Positions 20,965 through 32,363 of a DNA stretch of 64,000 nucleotides are shown here, piece after piece. The notes beneath the pieces were generated by a model. That model saw only the letters and a program-made list of their open reading frames with translations. It searched no databases and was not told the DNA's origin. Both the position numbers and the translations under genes were made by a program. Each line of letters starts with the position of its first letter. Position 1 is the first letter of the stretch. Source of the DNA: an uncultured Chloroflexia bacterium (lineage in GTDB: Bacteria > Chloroflexota > Limnocylindria > Limnocylindrales > CSP1-4); NCBI GenBank assembly GCA_963813535.1, contig CAWEZH010000002.1, positions 64,001 to 128,000 on the forward strand, in the 5' to 3' direction.

Positions 20965-21303
20965 ATGCGTGTATCCGCCACCGCCAAGTACCAGCGCGCG
21001 TCGACGCGCAAGACCCGCCTCGTGACCGCCGCCATCAAGGGCAAGCGGGTCGAGGAGGCGACGGCCCTCCTCCGGTTCATGCCGCAGAAGGCCGCCGCGG
21101 ATGTGGCACGCGTCCTCAAGAGCGCGACCGCCAATGCCGAGAACAACCACAACCTGTCCGCGGAGGACCTGGTGATCGTCGACGCGATCGCCGACGAGGG
21201 ACCGACCATCAAGCGCTTTCAACCGCGGGCCCAGGGTCGGGCGTTCCCCATCCACAAGCCCATGACCCACATCACGATCGTCGTCGCGGACCAGGAGGCC
21301 TGA
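20965..21303 (+). CDS. rplV: 50S ribosomal protein L22
   Basis: SATANAENN, PRAQGRA. Confidence 0.97.
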   Translation: MRVSATAKYQRASTRKTRLVTAAIKGKRVEEATALLRFMPQKAAADVARVLKSATANAENNHNLSAEDLVIVDAIADEGPTIKRFQPRAQGRAFPIHKPMTHITIVVADQEA

Positions 21304-21304
21304 C

Positions 21305-21988
21305 ATGGGACACAAGGTCCATCCGTACGGCTTCCGCCTGGGTGTCTCGCGCACCTGGACCGCGAAGTGGTATGCGGACAAGGAATACACCACCTCCCTC
21401 AAGGAGGACATCTCGATCCGTACGCTCATCGAGCGGCGGCTCTCGAACGCCAGCGTCAGCGGCGTCGAGATCGAGCGTGGCATCAACCACGTGACGGTCA
21501 CGATCCACACCGCCAAGCCGGGCATCGTCATCGGCAAGGGTGGCGCGAACGTCGAGGTCCTCCGCCAGCAGATCGGCGCGCTCAGCGACCGCAAGGTCAA
21601 GCTCGAGATCAAGGAGATCCGGCAGCCGGAGCTCGACGCGCACCTGGTGGCCATGAACATCGCCGGCCAGCTGACCCGCCGCATCGCCTTCAAGAAGGCG
21701 ATGAAGCAGGCCATCCAGCGGTCGATGAAGGCCGGTGCGAAGGGCGTCAAGATCGCCGTCGCCGGCCGGCTCGGCGGCTCCGAGATGGGCCGGCGAGAGT
21801 GGGACAAGGAAGGCCGCATCCCGCTCGGCACGCTGCGCGCGGACATCAGCTACGGCCAGGTCCACGCGCACACCACCTACGGCCGCATCGGCGTCAAGGT
21901 CTGGATCTATCGGGGCGACATCGCTCCCGAGCCGGTCCGTCGACCCGAGCTGGCCGGTGCCAACGCGCCGGCAGGACAGGGGGCCTGA
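21305..21988 (+). CDS. rpsC: 30S ribosomal protein S3
   Basis: [27 protein letters not shown]. Confidence 0.98.
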   Translation: MGHKVHPYGFRLGVSRTWTAKWYADKEYTTSLKEDISIRTLIERRLSNASVSGVEIERGINHVTVTIHTAKPGIVIGKGGANVEVLRQQIGALSDRKVKLEIKEIRQPELDAHLVAMNIAGQLTRRIAFKKAMKQAIQRSMKAGAKGVKIAVAGRLGGSEMGRREWDKEGRIPLGTLRADISYGQVHAHTTYGRIGVKVWIYRGDIAPEPVRRPELAGANAPAGQGA

Positions 21989-21990
21989 CG

Positions 21991-22413
21991 ATGTTGATGC
22001 CGCGACGCGTCAAGCATCGCAAGGTCATGCGAGGCCGCATGTCCGGGTTGGCCAAGGGCGGCCACACGGTGGCATTCGGTGAGTACGGGCTGGCCACACA
22101 GGAGCCGGCCTGGATCACGAGCCGCCAGATCGAGGCCGCGCGGCGCGCCATGACCCGCTCGGTCAAGCGCGGCGGCAAGATCTGGATCCGCATCTTCCCC
22201 GACAAGCCCGCGACCAAGAAGCCGGCCGAGACCCGCATGGGCTCGGGCAAGGGCGCCCCCGACCATTGGGTCGCGGTCGTCAAGCCCGGCCGCATCCTCT
22301 TCGAGATGGCCGGTGTCGACCACGACTCCGCCGTCGAGGCGATGCGACTCGCCAGCCACAAGCTCCCCGTCGCGACCCGCGTGGTCGTGCGCGAAGGCGC
22401 GAAGGAGGCCTGA
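21991..22413 (+). CDS. rplP: 50S ribosomal protein L16
   Basis: [16 protein letters not shown]. Confidence 0.98.
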   Translation: MLMPRRVKHRKVMRGRMSGLAKGGHTVAFGEYGLATQEPAWITSRQIEAARRAMTRSVKRGGKIWIRIFPDKPATKKPAETRMGSGKGAPDHWVAVVKPGRILFEMAGVDHDSAVEAMRLASHKLPVATRVVVREGAKEA

Positions 22414-22414
22414 G

Positions 22415-22624
22415 GTGGCTGAGGTGGACCTGAAGAAGATCCGCTCGCTGTCCGACGCCGAGCTCGACGAGGCGCTGCGTGAGGCGAAGCAGGACCTGTG
22501 GGGAGCGCGCTTCGCGCTCTCGACCCGACAACTCAAGGACTACAGCACGATCCCGCAGACGCGGAGGACGATCGCGCGGATCCTGACCGTCCAGCGCGAG
22601 CGCAAGCTCGGCCAGACGGCCTGA
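22415..22624 (+). CDS. rpmC: 50S ribosomal protein L29 (start may be GTG 22424)
   Basis: IRSLSDAEL...[10 protein letters not shown]; between rplP and rpsQ. Confidence 0.93.
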   Translation: MAEVDLKKIRSLSDAELDEALREAKQDLWGARFALSTRQLKDYSTIPQTRRTIARILTVQRERKLGQTA

Positions 22625-22638
22625 GGGGATATCACGCG

Positions 22639-23148
22639 ATGACAGGAGCGATCACCAAGGTGCAAGTCAAGCGGAGGACCAAGGTCGGCCGCGTCGTCAG
22701 TGACCGGATGGACAAGACCATCGTCGTGTCCGTGGAGCGGCTCGCCCGCCACCGGCTGTACAAGCGGGTCATCCGCTTGACGACGAAGTTCAAGGCGCAC
22801 GATGAGACCAACGACGCCCGTATCGGGGACACCGTCCTCATCGAGGAAGCGCGCCCGATGTCGGCGACCAAGCGCTGGCGGCTCATCAGCGTCATCCAGC
22901 GCGCCGGCGAGCACGGCCTCCCGGGCGAGGCCGTGGTCGGCGAAGAGGAGGCCGTCACCGAGGCCATCCATGCCGCCGCGCATCCGGGCCGGGTTCGCGC
23001 CGCGGAGGCCGCCGCCGAGTCGACCGGATCGCCGGCTGAGACCGGATCGCCGGCTGACACTGAGCCCGTCGCCACAGCCGAGGAGCCCGCCGACGAGGCC
23101 GCCACCGCCGACGCGTCCGGCAGCGACGATGAGGATGATCGATCGTGA
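22639..23148 (+). CDS. rpsQ: 30S ribosomal protein S17 with acidic C-terminal extension
   Basis: [30 protein letters not shown] then ~80 extra residues. Confidence 0.95.
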   Translation: MTGAITKVQVKRRTKVGRVVSDRMDKTIVVSVERLARHRLYKRVIRLTTKFKAHDETNDARIGDTVLIEEARPMSATKRWRLISVIQRAGEHGLPGEAVVGEEEAVTEAIHAAAHPGRVRAAEAAAESTGSPAETGSPADTEPVATAEEPADEAATADASGSDDEDDRS

Positions 23149-23513
23149 TCCAGCCTCAGACCCGCCTCAAGGTCGCGGACAACACCGGTGCCCGGAGCAT
23201 CCAGTGCATCCGGGTGATGGGTCGTTCCCTCAAGACGACCGCCGGCGTCGGTGACGTGATCGTGGCGAGCGTCAAGCAGGCGATCCCGAACGCCGCCGTC
23301 AAGAAGGGCGACGTCGTGCGGGCGGTGATCGTCCGCACGAACAAAGAGTACGGCCGCGCCGACGGCAGCTACATCCGCTTCGACGAGAACGCCGCCGTGC
23401 TCATCAACAACCAGGGCAACCCGCGCGGGACGCGCATCTTCGGCCCGGTCGCGCGCGAGCTACGGGACCGCAACTACATGAAGATCGTGTCGCTCGCGCC
23501 GGAGGTGCTGTGA
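23145..23513 (+). CDS. rplN: 50S ribosomal protein L14
   Basis: [28 protein letters not shown]. Confidence 0.98.
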   Translation: MIQPQTRLKVADNTGARSIQCIRVMGRSLKTTAGVGDVIVASVKQAIPNAAVKKGDVVRAVIVRTNKEYGRADGSYIRFDENAAVLINNQGNPRGTRIFGPVARELRDRNYMKIVSLAPEVL

Positions 23514-23950
23514 TGGCCACCGAGACGCGAGCCCGTTCCCCGAAGGTGCCTGAGATCCGCAAGGGCGACACGGTGGTCGTGCTGTCCGGCAAGGACGCCG
23601 GCAAGCGCGGCACGGTCGAGCGCGTGATCCGACGTTCGCCGTCCCCGCGCGGCACGCGCAGCGTGTTCCGGCGCGGTTCGGCGGCCGGTGGCGTGAGCGT
23701 CGTGGTCGAGGGGATCAACATCGCCAAGCGCCACACGAAGCCGCGCCAGACGGCGAGCTCGACCGACCGCATGCCCAAGATCCAGCAGGGCGGCATCCTC
23801 GAGATCGCCCAGCCGGTGCCGGTCGGCAAGGTGATGCTCGTCTGCGGCAGCTGCGGCAAGCCGACGCGCATCGCCCATCGGACCCTAGACAACGGACGCC
23901 GCGTCCGCGTCTGCAAGAACTGTGGCGAGCAGCTGGAGGTGAAGTCGTGA
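23513..23950 (+). CDS. rplX: 50S ribosomal protein L24
   Basis: KOW motif [19 protein letters not shown]; C-terminal CxxC..CxxC. Confidence 0.96.
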   Translation: MATETRARSPKVPEIRKGDTVVVLSGKDAGKRGTVERVIRRSPSPRGTRSVFRRGSAAGGVSVVVEGINIAKRHTKPRQTASSTDRMPKIQQGGILEIAQPVPVGKVMLVCGSCGKPTRIAHRTLDNGRRVRVCKNCGEQLEVKS

Positions 23951-24489
23951 CCAGCCGCCTGCACGAGCGCTACGCGGCCGAGGTCGTCCCGGCGCTGCAG
24001 AAGCAATTCGACTACGGCAACCCCAACCAGGTGCCGAAGGTGTCGAAGATCGTGGTCAACATCGGGCTCGGTGAGGCGTTGTCCAACGCCAAGGCACTCG
24101 ACGCTGCGCTCGGGGACCTCGCCACGATCACGGGGCAGCGGCCGATCGTCACGAAGGCCAAGCGCTCGATCGCCCAGTTCCGCCTCCGCACCGGCAACTC
24201 GATCGGCGCGAAGGTGACGCTGCGTGGTGAGCGCATGTGGGACTTCCTCGATCGGCTCACGACGCTCGCCCTGCCTCGCATCCGCGACTTCCGGGGCGTC
24301 CCGGGCAAGTCGTTCGATGGGCGAGGGAACTACTCCCTCGGGATGCGCGAGCAGCTCGCGTTCCCCGAGATCGACTACGACAAGGTGGACCGTCTCCGCG
24401 GGCTGGAGATCAGCATCGTGACGACGGCGAAGTCCGACGAGGAATCGAAGAAGCTCCTCGAGCTCCTCGGCATGCCCTTCGCCTCGTAG
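23947..24489 (+). CDS. rplE: 50S ribosomal protein L5
   Basis: [16 protein letters not shown]. Confidence 0.98.
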   Translation: MTSRLHERYAAEVVPALQKQFDYGNPNQVPKVSKIVVNIGLGEALSNAKALDAALGDLATITGQRPIVTKAKRSIAQFRLRTGNSIGAKVTLRGERMWDFLDRLTTLALPRIRDFRGVPGKSFDGRGNYSLGMREQLAFPEIDYDKVDRLRGLEISIVTTAKSDEESKKLLELLGMPFAS

Positions 24490-24507
24490 GCGCGGGGAGG
24501 GAGAACC

Positions 24508-24693
24508 ATGGCAAAGAAATCGATGGTCGCGAAGGCCAAGCGGACCCCCAAGCACCCGGTGCAGGCGTATCACCGCTGCTTCGTGTGCGGACGACCGCGC
24601 GCCTTCATGCGCCGGTTCGCGCTCTGCCGCATCTGTTTCCGGGAGCGCGCGCTCCTGGGCGAGCTGCCGGGCGTCACGAAGTCGAGCTGGTAG
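24508..24693 (+). CDS. rpsZ: 30S ribosomal protein S14, zinc-binding type Z
   Basis: 61 aa, [15 protein letters not shown]. Confidence 0.96.
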   Translation: MAKKSMVAKAKRTPKHPVQAYHRCFVCGRPRAFMRRFALCRICFRERALLGELPGVTKSSW

Positions 24694-24700
24694 GGAACCG

Positions 24701-25099
24701 ATGAACATCTCCGACCCGATCGCGGACATGCTCACGCGCGTCCGGAACGCCTCGCGCGCACGTCACACCGAGGTGGTCGTGCCGGCGTCGCGGACGAAGC
24801 GTGAGATCGCCCGCATCCTCAAGGACGAGGGCTTCATCGCCGACGTCACGGAGGAACAGGACGGGCCCTCGGCGGTCCTGCGCCTGACCCTCAAGTACGT
24901 CGACGGCAAGGTCCCGGTCGTCTCCGGCCTCAAGCGCATCAGCAAGCCGGGCCTGCGCGTGTATGCGCGCAAGACCGACATCCCGCGGGTGCTCGGCGGC
25001 CTCGGCATCGTCATCGTCAGCACGAGCAAGGGCATCATGACCGGCCAGCAGGCGCGGCAGGCCCAGCTCGGCGGCGAAGTCCTGGCATACGTCTGGTAG
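24701..25099 (+). CDS. rpsH: 30S ribosomal protein S8
   Basis: [17 protein letters not shown]. Confidence 0.98.
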   Translation: MNISDPIADMLTRVRNASRARHTEVVVPASRTKREIARILKDEGFIADVTEEQDGPSAVLRLTLKYVDGKVPVVSGLKRISKPGLRVYARKTDIPRVLGGLGIVIVSTSKGIMTGQQARQAQLGGEVLAYVW

Positions 25100-25108
25100 G
25101 CGGGATCG

Positions 25109-25660
25109 ATGTCACGAATCGGACGATTGCCAATCGCTGTCCCGTCGGGTGTCGACGTGACGATCGCGGGGCGCGAGGTCACGGTGAAGGGGCCGAAGGG
25201 CACCCTCAGCCGGATCCTGCACCCCGACATGACGGTTCGCCAGGAGGACGGCAGCATCGTCGTCACCCGGCCGACCGAGCAGAAGACCCACAAGCAGCTC
25301 CACGGTCTGACCCGGACCCTCGTGAACAACATGGTGGTCGGCGTGACCGACGGCTATCGCAAGGGGCTCGAGATCACCGGCGTGGGCTACCGGGCGGCGC
25401 TGAGCGGCAAGAAGCTCACGCTCAACCTCGGCTATAGCCACCCGGTCGAGATCGACCCGCCAGAGGGCATCAGCTTCGAGCTCGAGAACCCGACCCGCCT
25501 CGCGGTCATCGGGATCGACAAGGAACTGGTGGGCCAGATCGCCGCGCAGGTGCGCGCGACCCGCAAGCCCGAACCCTACAAGGGCAAGGGTGTCCGGTAC
25601 GCCGGGGAGCAGGTCCGCCGCAAGGCGGGCAAGGCCGGCAAGATCGGCGCCAAGAAGTAA
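25109..25660 (+). CDS. rplF: 50S ribosomal protein L6
   Basis: [16 protein letters not shown]. Confidence 0.98.
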   Translation: MSRIGRLPIAVPSGVDVTIAGREVTVKGPKGTLSRILHPDMTVRQEDGSIVVTRPTEQKTHKQLHGLTRTLVNNMVVGVTDGYRKGLEITGVGYRAALSGKKLTLNLGYSHPVEIDPPEGISFELENPTRLAVIGIDKELVGQIAAQVRATRKPEPYKGKGVRYAGEQVRRKAGKAGKIGAKK

Positions 25661-25678
25661 TGACGAAGGACTGACACG

Positions 25679-26041
25679 ATGACGCAGGTCGCCAGCCGCG
25701 GCGCCGCCCGACGCAAGCGCCACGACCGGATCCGCCTCACGATGGCGGGGACGGCCGGGCGACCGCGTCTGGCCGTGTTCCGCAGCCTCAATCACATCTA
25801 CGCGCAGGTCATCGACGACGCGTCCGGCAAGACGCTCGTCGCCGCCTCGACCCTGGAGAAGGAGCTACGTGGCTCCAAGTCCAGCAAGTCCGAGGAGGCC
25901 GCGGTCATCGGCCGGCTCATCGCCGAGCGGTCGAAGGCTGCCGGGATCGAGCGCGTCGTCTTCGATCGAGCCGGGTTCCGGTACCACGGGCGCATCAGAT
26001 CGCTCGCCGATGCCGCCCGTGAGGCCGGTCTCGACTTCTGA
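25679..26041 (+). CDS. rplR: 50S ribosomal protein L18
   Basis: [20 protein letters not shown]. Confidence 0.98.
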   Translation: MTQVASRGAARRKRHDRIRLTMAGTAGRPRLAVFRSLNHIYAQVIDDASGKTLVAASTLEKELRGSKSSKSEEAAVIGRLIAERSKAAGIERVVFDRAGFRYHGRIRSLADAAREAGLDF

Positions 26042-26056
26042 TCGGAAGGAGCATCC

Positions 26057-26596
26057 GTGGCACGTATCGATCCCAACAAGCTCGCGCTCGAGGAGCGCGT
26101 CGTCCAGATCAACCGCGTGGCGAAGGTCGTCAAGGGTGGTCGCCGCTTCAGCTTCAGCGCGGTCGTCGTCGTCGGTGACGGCGCCGGTCACGTCGGCGCC
26201 GGGCTCGGCAAGGCCGGCGAGGTGCCCGAGGCCATCCGCAAGGGCGTCGAGGACGCGAAGAAGAACATCATCAAGATCCCGATGGTCGGCACGACCATTC
26301 CGCACGAGGTGAACGTCGAGTTCGCCGCGAGCAAGGTGATGCTCAAGCCGGCATCGCAGGGCACCGGCGTGATCGCCGGTGGCTCCGTCCGCGCCGTCCT
26401 CGAGGCGGCCGGGGTCCGCGACATCCTGTCGAAGATCTACGGTTCGACCAACCCGGTCAACGTCACCCGCGCGACCATCGAGGCGCTCCGCGGCCTGCAC
26501 TCGGCCGAGGAGCTCTCGGCACGCCGCGGGGTCAAGCTCGTGAGCCATATCTCCGGCCAGCCGGCCCCGTCGTCGGAGGCGGCCGATGCCCGGTAA
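26057..26596 (+). CDS. rpsE: 30S ribosomal protein S5
   Basis: [22 protein letters not shown]. Confidence 0.98.
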   Translation: MARIDPNKLALEERVVQINRVAKVVKGGRRFSFSAVVVVGDGAGHVGAGLGKAGEVPEAIRKGVEDAKKNIIKIPMVGTTIPHEVNVEFAASKVMLKPASQGTGVIAGGSVRAVLEAAGVRDILSKIYGSTNPVNVTRATIEALRGLHSAEELSARRGVKLVSHISGQPAPSSEAADAR

Positions 26597-26867
26597 GCTG
26601 CGGGTCACCCAGACCAAGTCGACGATCAGCCACATCGCCCGCAACCGGGCGACCGTCAAGGCGCTCGGGCTGCACGGCATCGGGAGCACCAGCATCGTGT
26701 CGGACAACGACGCGACGCGTGGCATGGTCCGCCAGGTCCGCTTCCTCGTGACGGTCGAGGAGATCGACGACGCCCCGACCAAGCGACGCGCCAGCGACTC
26801 CCCGACGAAGCGAAGCGCCGGCGACGCCCCGAGCAGCACCAGCGCCGGCGCCGAGGAGACAGCATGA
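26586..26867 (+). CDS. rpmD: 50S ribosomal protein L30 with repeat-containing tail
   Basis: [19 protein letters not shown] then [18 protein letters not shown] repeats. Confidence 0.93.
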   Translation: MPGKLRVTQTKSTISHIARNRATVKALGLHGIGSTSIVSDNDATRGMVRQVRFLVTVEEIDDAPTKRRASDSPTKRSAGDAPSSTSAGAEETA

Positions 26868-27724
26868 AGTTGCACGATCTGCGTCCAGCCGAGGGTTCGC
26901 GCAAGGAGCGGACCCGGGTCGGTCGCGGCATCGCGGCCGGCAAAGGCAAGACGGCGGGCCGGGGCACCAAGGGCCAGAAGGCGCGCGCCGGCGGCTCGAT
27001 CCCGGCGTGGTTCGAGGGCGGCCAGACGCCGCTGCACGTCCGTATCCCGAAGCTGCGCGGTTTCAAGAACCGCTTCAAGATCGAGTATGAGATCGTGAAC
27101 GTCGGTGCCATCGCGGCCGCGGTCGAGCGCGGTGCGCTCGAGACGGCCGACCGGGCCGGGTCCGGCGGCAAGTCGAAGTCCGCTGGGCAGACCACCGTGA
27201 ACCAGGATCTCCTCCGCGCGGTCGGTCTGGTGCGCACCCTGAACAAGCCACTCAAGATCCTCGGCAGCGGCGAGCTCAGCTCGCCGCTCTTCGTCGTGGC
27301 CGATGCGTTCACGGCGTCGGCGCGCACGAAGATCGAGGCGGCGGGCGGGACGGTCTCCGTCCTGGAGGTCCCGACGAGGCCCACCAAGGCGATCGGCGTG
27401 GAGACAGAGGCAGCGGCGCCGCGCGAGACACGTTCGAAGAAGGCGGCGACCACCGACGCTGACACCGACTCCGAGCCGGCCGTGGAGGCCGACGTCACCG
27501 CCGAGACCCCGGCGGCGGTCGAGCCCGAGCCGGCCGTCGAGCCCGAGGCCATCGCCGACACGGAGGCTCCCGCCGAGACCTCGCCGGCCGACGATACGGC
27601 TCCGACCAAGCGCCGACGCGGCAAGGCCAAGACCGAGGCCGCCAGCGAAACCCCGTCCGACTCGGAGGCAGAGGCCGACACGACGCCTGACGACGCCACG
27701 GCGGCGTCGGGCGACGACGCCTAG
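26864..27724 (+). CDS. rplO: 50S ribosomal protein L15 with ~110-aa acidic extension
   Basis: [32 protein letters not shown]. Confidence 0.96.
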   Translation: MKLHDLRPAEGSRKERTRVGRGIAAGKGKTAGRGTKGQKARAGGSIPAWFEGGQTPLHVRIPKLRGFKNRFKIEYEIVNVGAIAAAVERGALETADRAGSGGKSKSAGQTTVNQDLLRAVGLVRTLNKPLKILGSGELSSPLFVVADAFTASARTKIEAAGGTVSVLEVPTRPTKAIGVETEAAAPRETRSKKAATTDADTDSEPAVEADVTAETPAAVEPEPAVEPEAIADTEAPAETSPADDTAPTKRRRGKAKTEAASETPSDSEAEADTTPDDATAASGDDA

Positions 27725-27730
27725 GCGCCC

Positions 27731-29011
27731 GTGTTCGAATCCCTGCTCAACGCCTTCCGGGCGCCGGATATCCGGCGCCGGATCCTGATCGTTCTCGGCC
27801 TACTGATCGTCTTCCGGTTCCTGGCCGCCGTGCCGGTGCCGGGCATCGACCGTCAGCAGCTCGCCGCGTTCCTCCAGGGCAACCCGCTGTTCGGGCTGCT
27901 GAACCTGTTCTCAGGTGGCGGCCTCTCGAACTTCTCGGTCGTGGCGTTGGGCATGAATCCCTACATCAACGCGTCGATCATCATGCAGTTGATGCAGGGC
28001 GTCGTACCGTCGTTGCAGGCGCTCAGCCGCGAGGGCGAGTACGGGCGGAACAAGATCACCCAGTACACCCGCTACCTGTCCGTCCCCATGGCCATGCTCC
28101 AGGCCTATGGGTTCCTCGCCCTCCTCAATAGCAACGGCGTCCTGACGAGTGGGTTCGACCTCGGCAGCTTCGCCACGCTGACCCAGATCGCGACGCTGAC
28201 CGCCGGTGCGGTCGTCCTGATGTGGATCGGCGAGCTGATCACCGAGCGCGGCATCGGCAACGGCATCAGCTTCATCATCTTCGCCGGCATCGTGAGCCAG
28301 GCCCCGTCCGCGATCGGGGCATTCACCGTCAATCCCAATATCGCCGCCCTCATCGCCTTCGCCGTCGTCGCCATCGCGGCGGTCGCGGTCATCATCTACA
28401 TCCAGGAGGGCCAGCGGCGCATCCCGATCCAGTACGCCAGCCGCGTGCGTGGCCGGCGGATGTACCAGGGCGGTCAGACGTTCCTGCCGCTGCGCGTCAA
28501 CCAGGCCGGCGTGATCCCGATCATCTTCGCGGTCAGCATCCTGTTGTTCCCGGTCCAGCTCGCGTCGTACTTCACGGCATCCGACATCCCGATCGTCCGC
28601 GATATCGCCAACGGGATCATCGCGCTGCTCAACCCGAGCTCCATCCTGTACGTCGTCCTGTACTTCCTGCTGACCGTCGGCTTCACGTACTTCTACACGG
28701 CGTTCACGTTCAAGCCGGACGAGACGGCCGAGCAACTGCGCAAGAACGGCGGCTTCATCCCGGGCATCCGTCCGGGCCGGCCGACACAGGACTACCTTGC
28801 CCGCGTGGTGTCGCGCATCACGCTCGCCGGCGCGCTGTTCCTGGCGATCGTGGCGGTCTCGCCGTCGATCATCGCGCTGATCTTCCCGGACCTCGGTGCG
28901 ATCGGATTAGGCGGGACCAGTCTGCTGATCGTGGTGTCCGTCGTGGTCGAAACGATGAAGCAGATCGAGGCGCAGTTGATGATGCGCAACTACGAAGGGT
29001 TCATCCGATGA
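27731..29011 (+). CDS. secY: Preprotein translocase subunit SecY
   Basis: ALGMNPYINASI, GIGNGIS, IPGIRPG; ~10 TM. Confidence 0.98.
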   Translation: MFESLLNAFRAPDIRRRILIVLGLLIVFRFLAAVPVPGIDRQQLAAFLQGNPLFGLLNLFSGGGLSNFSVVALGMNPYINASIIMQLMQGVVPSLQALSREGEYGRNKITQYTRYLSVPMAMLQAYGFLALLNSNGVLTSGFDLGSFATLTQIATLTAGAVVLMWIGELITERGIGNGISFIIFAGIVSQAPSAIGAFTVNPNIAALIAFAVVAIAAVAVIIYIQEGQRRIPIQYASRVRGRRMYQGGQTFLPLRVNQAGVIPIIFAVSILLFPVQLASYFTASDIPIVRDIANGIIALLNPSSILYVVLYFLLTVGFTYFYTAFTFKPDETAEQLRKNGGFIPGIRPGRPTQDYLARVVSRITLAGALFLAIVAVSPSIIALIFPDLGAIGLGGTSLLIVVSVVVETMKQIEAQLMMRNYEGFIR

Positions 29012-29033
29012 CGGCGGCCAGCGCCACCGTCCG

Positions 29034-29696
29034 ATGACAGTCCTCGTGCTCCTCGGGGCGCCGGGCGCCGGCAAGGGGACACAAGCGGCCCTGCTGGCCG
29101 AGCGGGTCGAGATCCCGCACGTTGCCACCGGCGACCTGTTCCGGGCCGCGGTCCGGGACGGCTCGCCGATCGGTCTCGAGGCGCGCCGGTTCATGGAGCG
29201 CGGTCAGCTGGTCCCCGACGACATCACGATCCGCATGCTGCTCGGCCGGCTCGACCAGCCCGACGCCGCAAGCGGCGCGATCCTGGACGGCTTCCCGCGC
29301 AACGGGTCCCAGGCGAAGGCGCTCGATGACGCACTGGCCGACCGCGAGGAGAAGGTCGACCTCGCGATCAACATCCACGTGCCCGCGGACGAGGTCATCC
29401 GTCGGATGTCGGGCCGCTGGGTCTGCCGCGACCAGGGCCACGTCTACAACGAGACGACGAATCCGCCGCTGGAACCTGGTCGCTGCGACATCGACGGATC
29501 TCCCCTGGTCCAGCGCGAGGACGACCGCCCGGAGACGGTGCGGGCCCGACTCGAGGTGCAGCTCGACAGCCTTCGGGAGGTCCTCGACCACTACCAGCGG
29601 ACGGGCATCCTGCGCGACGTCGATGGGACGCGGTCGATCGACGACGTCGCCACGGACGTCCTGTCCGTCGTCGAAGGCCGCGAGCTCGGCAGCTGA
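29034..29696 (+). CDS. adk: Adenylate kinase
   Basis: GAPGAGKGT, LDGFPR, QREDD. Confidence 0.97.
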   Translation: MTVLVLLGAPGAGKGTQAALLAERVEIPHVATGDLFRAAVRDGSPIGLEARRFMERGQLVPDDITIRMLLGRLDQPDAASGAILDGFPRNGSQAKALDDALADREEKVDLAINIHVPADEVIRRMSGRWVCRDQGHVYNETTNPPLEPGRCDIDGSPLVQREDDRPETVRARLEVQLDSLREVLDHYQRTGILRDVDGTRSIDDVATDVLSVVEGRELGS

Positions 29697-29698
29697 TC

Positions 29699-30463
29699 GT
29701 GGTCACCCGCAAGTCTCGCGCGGAGATCGAACGGATGCGTCGCGCCGGGCGGATCGTGGCCGAGGTCCTCGCACTCGTGGAGAGCGAGCTCAAGCCAGGG
29801 GTCACGACCGGTCACCTCGATCGCCTGGCCGAGGCGCACATCCGCTCGTCCGGCGCGATCCCGTCCTTCAAGGACTACCCAGGTATCAATCCGCGCCGGC
29901 CGTTCCCCGCCAGTCTGTGCATCTCGCTCGATGACGAGATCGTCCACGGCATCCCCGGCGAACGCACGATCCGCGACGGCCAGATCGTCTCGGTCGATGC
30001 GGGCGCCATCGTGGATGGGTGGCATGGGGATGCGGCCAGGACCTTCTTCGTCGGCGTCCCGCCGGCGCCCGTGCAACGGCTCATCGACACCACCCGCGAG
30101 GCGATGATGGCCGGCATCGCGGCCGCGGTCCCGGGCAACCACATCGAGGACATCTCGGCCGCCGTCGAGGACGCCGCACGACCCCACGGCTTCGGGATCG
30201 TGCGCCAGTTCGTCGGGCACGGCATCGGTACCGAGATGCACGAAGAACCGCAGGTCCCCAATTACCGGACCGGCCGCCGCGGCCGCAAGCTCGAGCCCGG
30301 CCTCTGCCTGGCGATCGAGCCGATGTTCACGCTCGGCGACTACCGCGCCCACGTCCTCGACGACGACTGGACCGTATCGACCATCGACGGCTCCCTGGCC
30401 GCCCACTTCGAACACTCCATCGCCATCACGGAGAGTGGCCCGGAGATCCTCACCAAGGTATGA
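29699..30463 (+). CDS. map: Methionine aminopeptidase type I
   Basis: HGIP, GHGIG..MHEEP, AIEPM, AHFEH. Confidence 0.97.
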   Translation: MVTRKSRAEIERMRRAGRIVAEVLALVESELKPGVTTGHLDRLAEAHIRSSGAIPSFKDYPGINPRRPFPASLCISLDDEIVHGIPGERTIRDGQIVSVDAGAIVDGWHGDAARTFFVGVPPAPVQRLIDTTREAMMAGIAAAVPGNHIEDISAAVEDAARPHGFGIVRQFVGHGIGTEMHEEPQVPNYRTGRRGRKLEPGLCLAIEPMFTLGDYRAHVLDDDWTVSTIDGSLAAHFEHSIAITESGPEILTKV

Positions 30464-30468
30464 GCGCC

Positions 30469-30497
30469 TTGCTCGGATCGCCGACTTTTGATACGCT
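30469..30497 (+). promoter_or_regulatory. Putative promoter for infA-rpmJ-alpha operon
   Basis: TTGCTC, 17 nt, extended -10 TGaTACGCT. Confidence 0.5.
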
Positions 30498-30561
30498 ACG
30501 CGTTCGTGTGTCGGCCCGCCCGGGCCGGCACTCCGCGTGAGAAAGGGAAGCACACCAGCCT

Positions 30562-30780
30562 GTGGCCAAGAAGGATGCGATCGAAGTGGAAGGGACGGTC
30601 ATCGAGCCGCTCCCCAACACAATGTTCGCAGTGGAGCTCGAGAATGGCCACCGGGTGCTCGCCCACATCAGCGGCAAGCTTCGGATGAATTTCATCCGCA
30701 TCCTGCCGGGTGACCGGGTCCGCGTCGAGTTATCGCCGTACGACCTCACCCGCGGCCGCATCACGTATCGACTCAAGTAA
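30562..30780 (+). CDS. infA: Translation initiation factor IF-1
   Basis: [18 protein letters not shown]. Confidence 0.98.
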   Translation: MAKKDAIEVEGTVIEPLPNTMFAVELENGHRVLAHISGKLRMNFIRILPGDRVRVELSPYDLTRGRITYRLK

Positions 30781-30813
30781 GACACGCACGCAACGAACAC
30801 GATCGAGGAACCG

Positions 30814-30927
30814 TTGAAGGTCAGAGCTTCCGTCAAAGCACGCTGCGACAACTGCAAGGTGATCCGTCGCCGGGGCACGGTGATGGTCATCTGCACCAAT
30901 CCCAAGCACAAGCAGCGGCAGGGGTAA
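30814..30927 (+). CDS. rpmJ: 50S ribosomal protein L36 (TTG start; not in ORF track)
   Basis: (M)[36 protein letters not shown]. Confidence 0.96.
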   Translation: MKVRASVKARCDNCKVIRRRGTVMVICTNPKHKQRQG

Positions 30928-30930
30928 CCG

Positions 30931-31302
30931 ATGGCACGCATCGCCGGTGTCGACATCCCGCGTGAGAAGCGGGTCGAGGTCGCCCTCACATACGTCTTCG
31001 GGATCGGCCTGCCGACCAGCACGAAGATCCTGACCCAGACGAACATCAATCCGGACACCCGTGTCCGCGACCTCACCGAAGAGCAGGTCAACCGCCTCCG
31101 CGAGTTGATCGACCGCCGCTACAAGGTCGAGGGCGACCTCCGCCGCGAGGTGGCCTTGAACATCAAGCGGTTGATCGAGATCGGCTCGTATCGCGGACTC
31201 CGCCACCGGCGCAACCTGCCGGTCCGCGGCCAGCGCACGAAGACCAACGCTCGCCAGCGACGCGGACCGAAGAAGACGGTCGGCATCCGGCGCAAGAAGT
31301 GA
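30931..31302 (+). CDS. rpsM: 30S ribosomal protein S13
   Basis: [23 protein letters not shown]. Confidence 0.98.
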   Translation: MARIAGVDIPREKRVEVALTYVFGIGLPTSTKILTQTNINPDTRVRDLTEEQVNRLRELIDRRYKVEGDLRREVALNIKRLIEIGSYRGLRHRRNLPVRGQRTKTNARQRRGPKKTVGIRRKK

Positions 31303-31319
31303 CGAGGGACTGACCACGC

Positions 31320-31715
31320 ATGGCGGAACGCAAGAAGGCAGTCAAGCAGCGTCGGCGGGAGAAGAAGAACGTCCCGCAGGGGCACGTCCACATCCAGGCG
31401 ACGTTCAACAACACCATCATCACGATCACCGATCTCAACGGCGCGGTCATCAGCTGGGGCTCCGCCGGCGTGGCTGGCTTCAAGGGATCGCGCAAGAGCA
31501 CGCCATACGCGGCCGCGCTGTCGGCCGATGGCGCCGCCAAGCGCGCCATGGAGCACGGCATGCGCCAGGTCGAGGTCTACGTCAAGGGGCCGGGCGCCGG
31601 TCGTGAGCAGGCGATCCGCTCGCTCCAGGCTGCCGGCCTCGAGGTCAGCGCCATCACCGATGTCACCCCCATCCCGCACAACGGTTGCCGCCCGCCCAAG
31701 CGGCGACGCGTCTAG
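31320..31715 (+). CDS. rpsK: 30S ribosomal protein S11
   Basis: [19 protein letters not shown]. Confidence 0.98.
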   Translation: MAERKKAVKQRRREKKNVPQGHVHIQATFNNTIITITDLNGAVISWGSAGVAGFKGSRKSTPYAAALSADGAAKRAMEHGMRQVEVYVKGPGAGREQAIRSLQAAGLEVSAITDVTPIPHNGCRPPKRRRV

Positions 31716-31726
31716 CCCGGAGATCC

Positions 31727-32353
31727 ATGGCTCGATACACCGACTCCGTCTGCCGGATCTGCCGGCGCGAGGGCGCCAAGCTCTTCCTGAAGGGCTCGCG
31801 CTGCTATACGAAGAAATGCGCGTTCGAGCGGCGACCCACGCCGCCCGGGCAGCACGGCGTCCGCCGCCGCAAGGTCGGTGAGTACGGCCTCCAGTTGCGT
31901 GAGAAGCAGAAGGTCCGCAAGACCTACGGTCTGCTCGAGCGCCAGTTCCGGAACTACTTCATCGACGCGGAGAACCGTCCCGGCGTGACCGGCGAGAACC
32001 TGCTCCGGTCGCTCGAGACGCGGATGGACAACGTCGTCTACCGGTCCGGCTTCGCACCGTCCCGCGCGGCCGCCCGCCAGCTCGTCACCCACGGGCACTT
32101 CGCGGTGAATGGCGTCCCGACGAACATCCCCTCGTACCAGCTGAAGCCCGGCGACAAGGTCGAGGTCCGCGAGATCCGGCGCGGCCGCGAGCCGTTCAAG
32201 GTCGCCAAGGAGACGCTGCGCAATCATCAGGCACCCGAATGGCTGTCCGTCGACGCGGAGAAGCTGGCCGGGTCCATCGTCACGCCGCCCACGCGCGACC
32301 AGATGCCGCTCGATCTCAACGAGCAGCTCGTGGTCGAGTACTACTCGAGGTAA
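31727..32353 (+). CDS. rpsD: 30S ribosomal protein S4 (zinc type)
   Basis: [21 protein letters not shown]. Confidence 0.98.
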   Translation: MARYTDSVCRICRREGAKLFLKGSRCYTKKCAFERRPTPPGQHGVRRRKVGEYGLQLREKQKVRKTYGLLERQFRNYFIDAENRPGVTGENLLRSLETRMDNVVYRSGFAPSRAAARQLVTHGHFAVNGVPTNIPSYQLKPGDKVEVREIRRGREPFKVAKETLRNHQAPEWLSVDAEKLAGSIVTPPTRDQMPLDLNEQLVVEYYSR

Positions 32354-32363
32354 CTGGCCCCAT

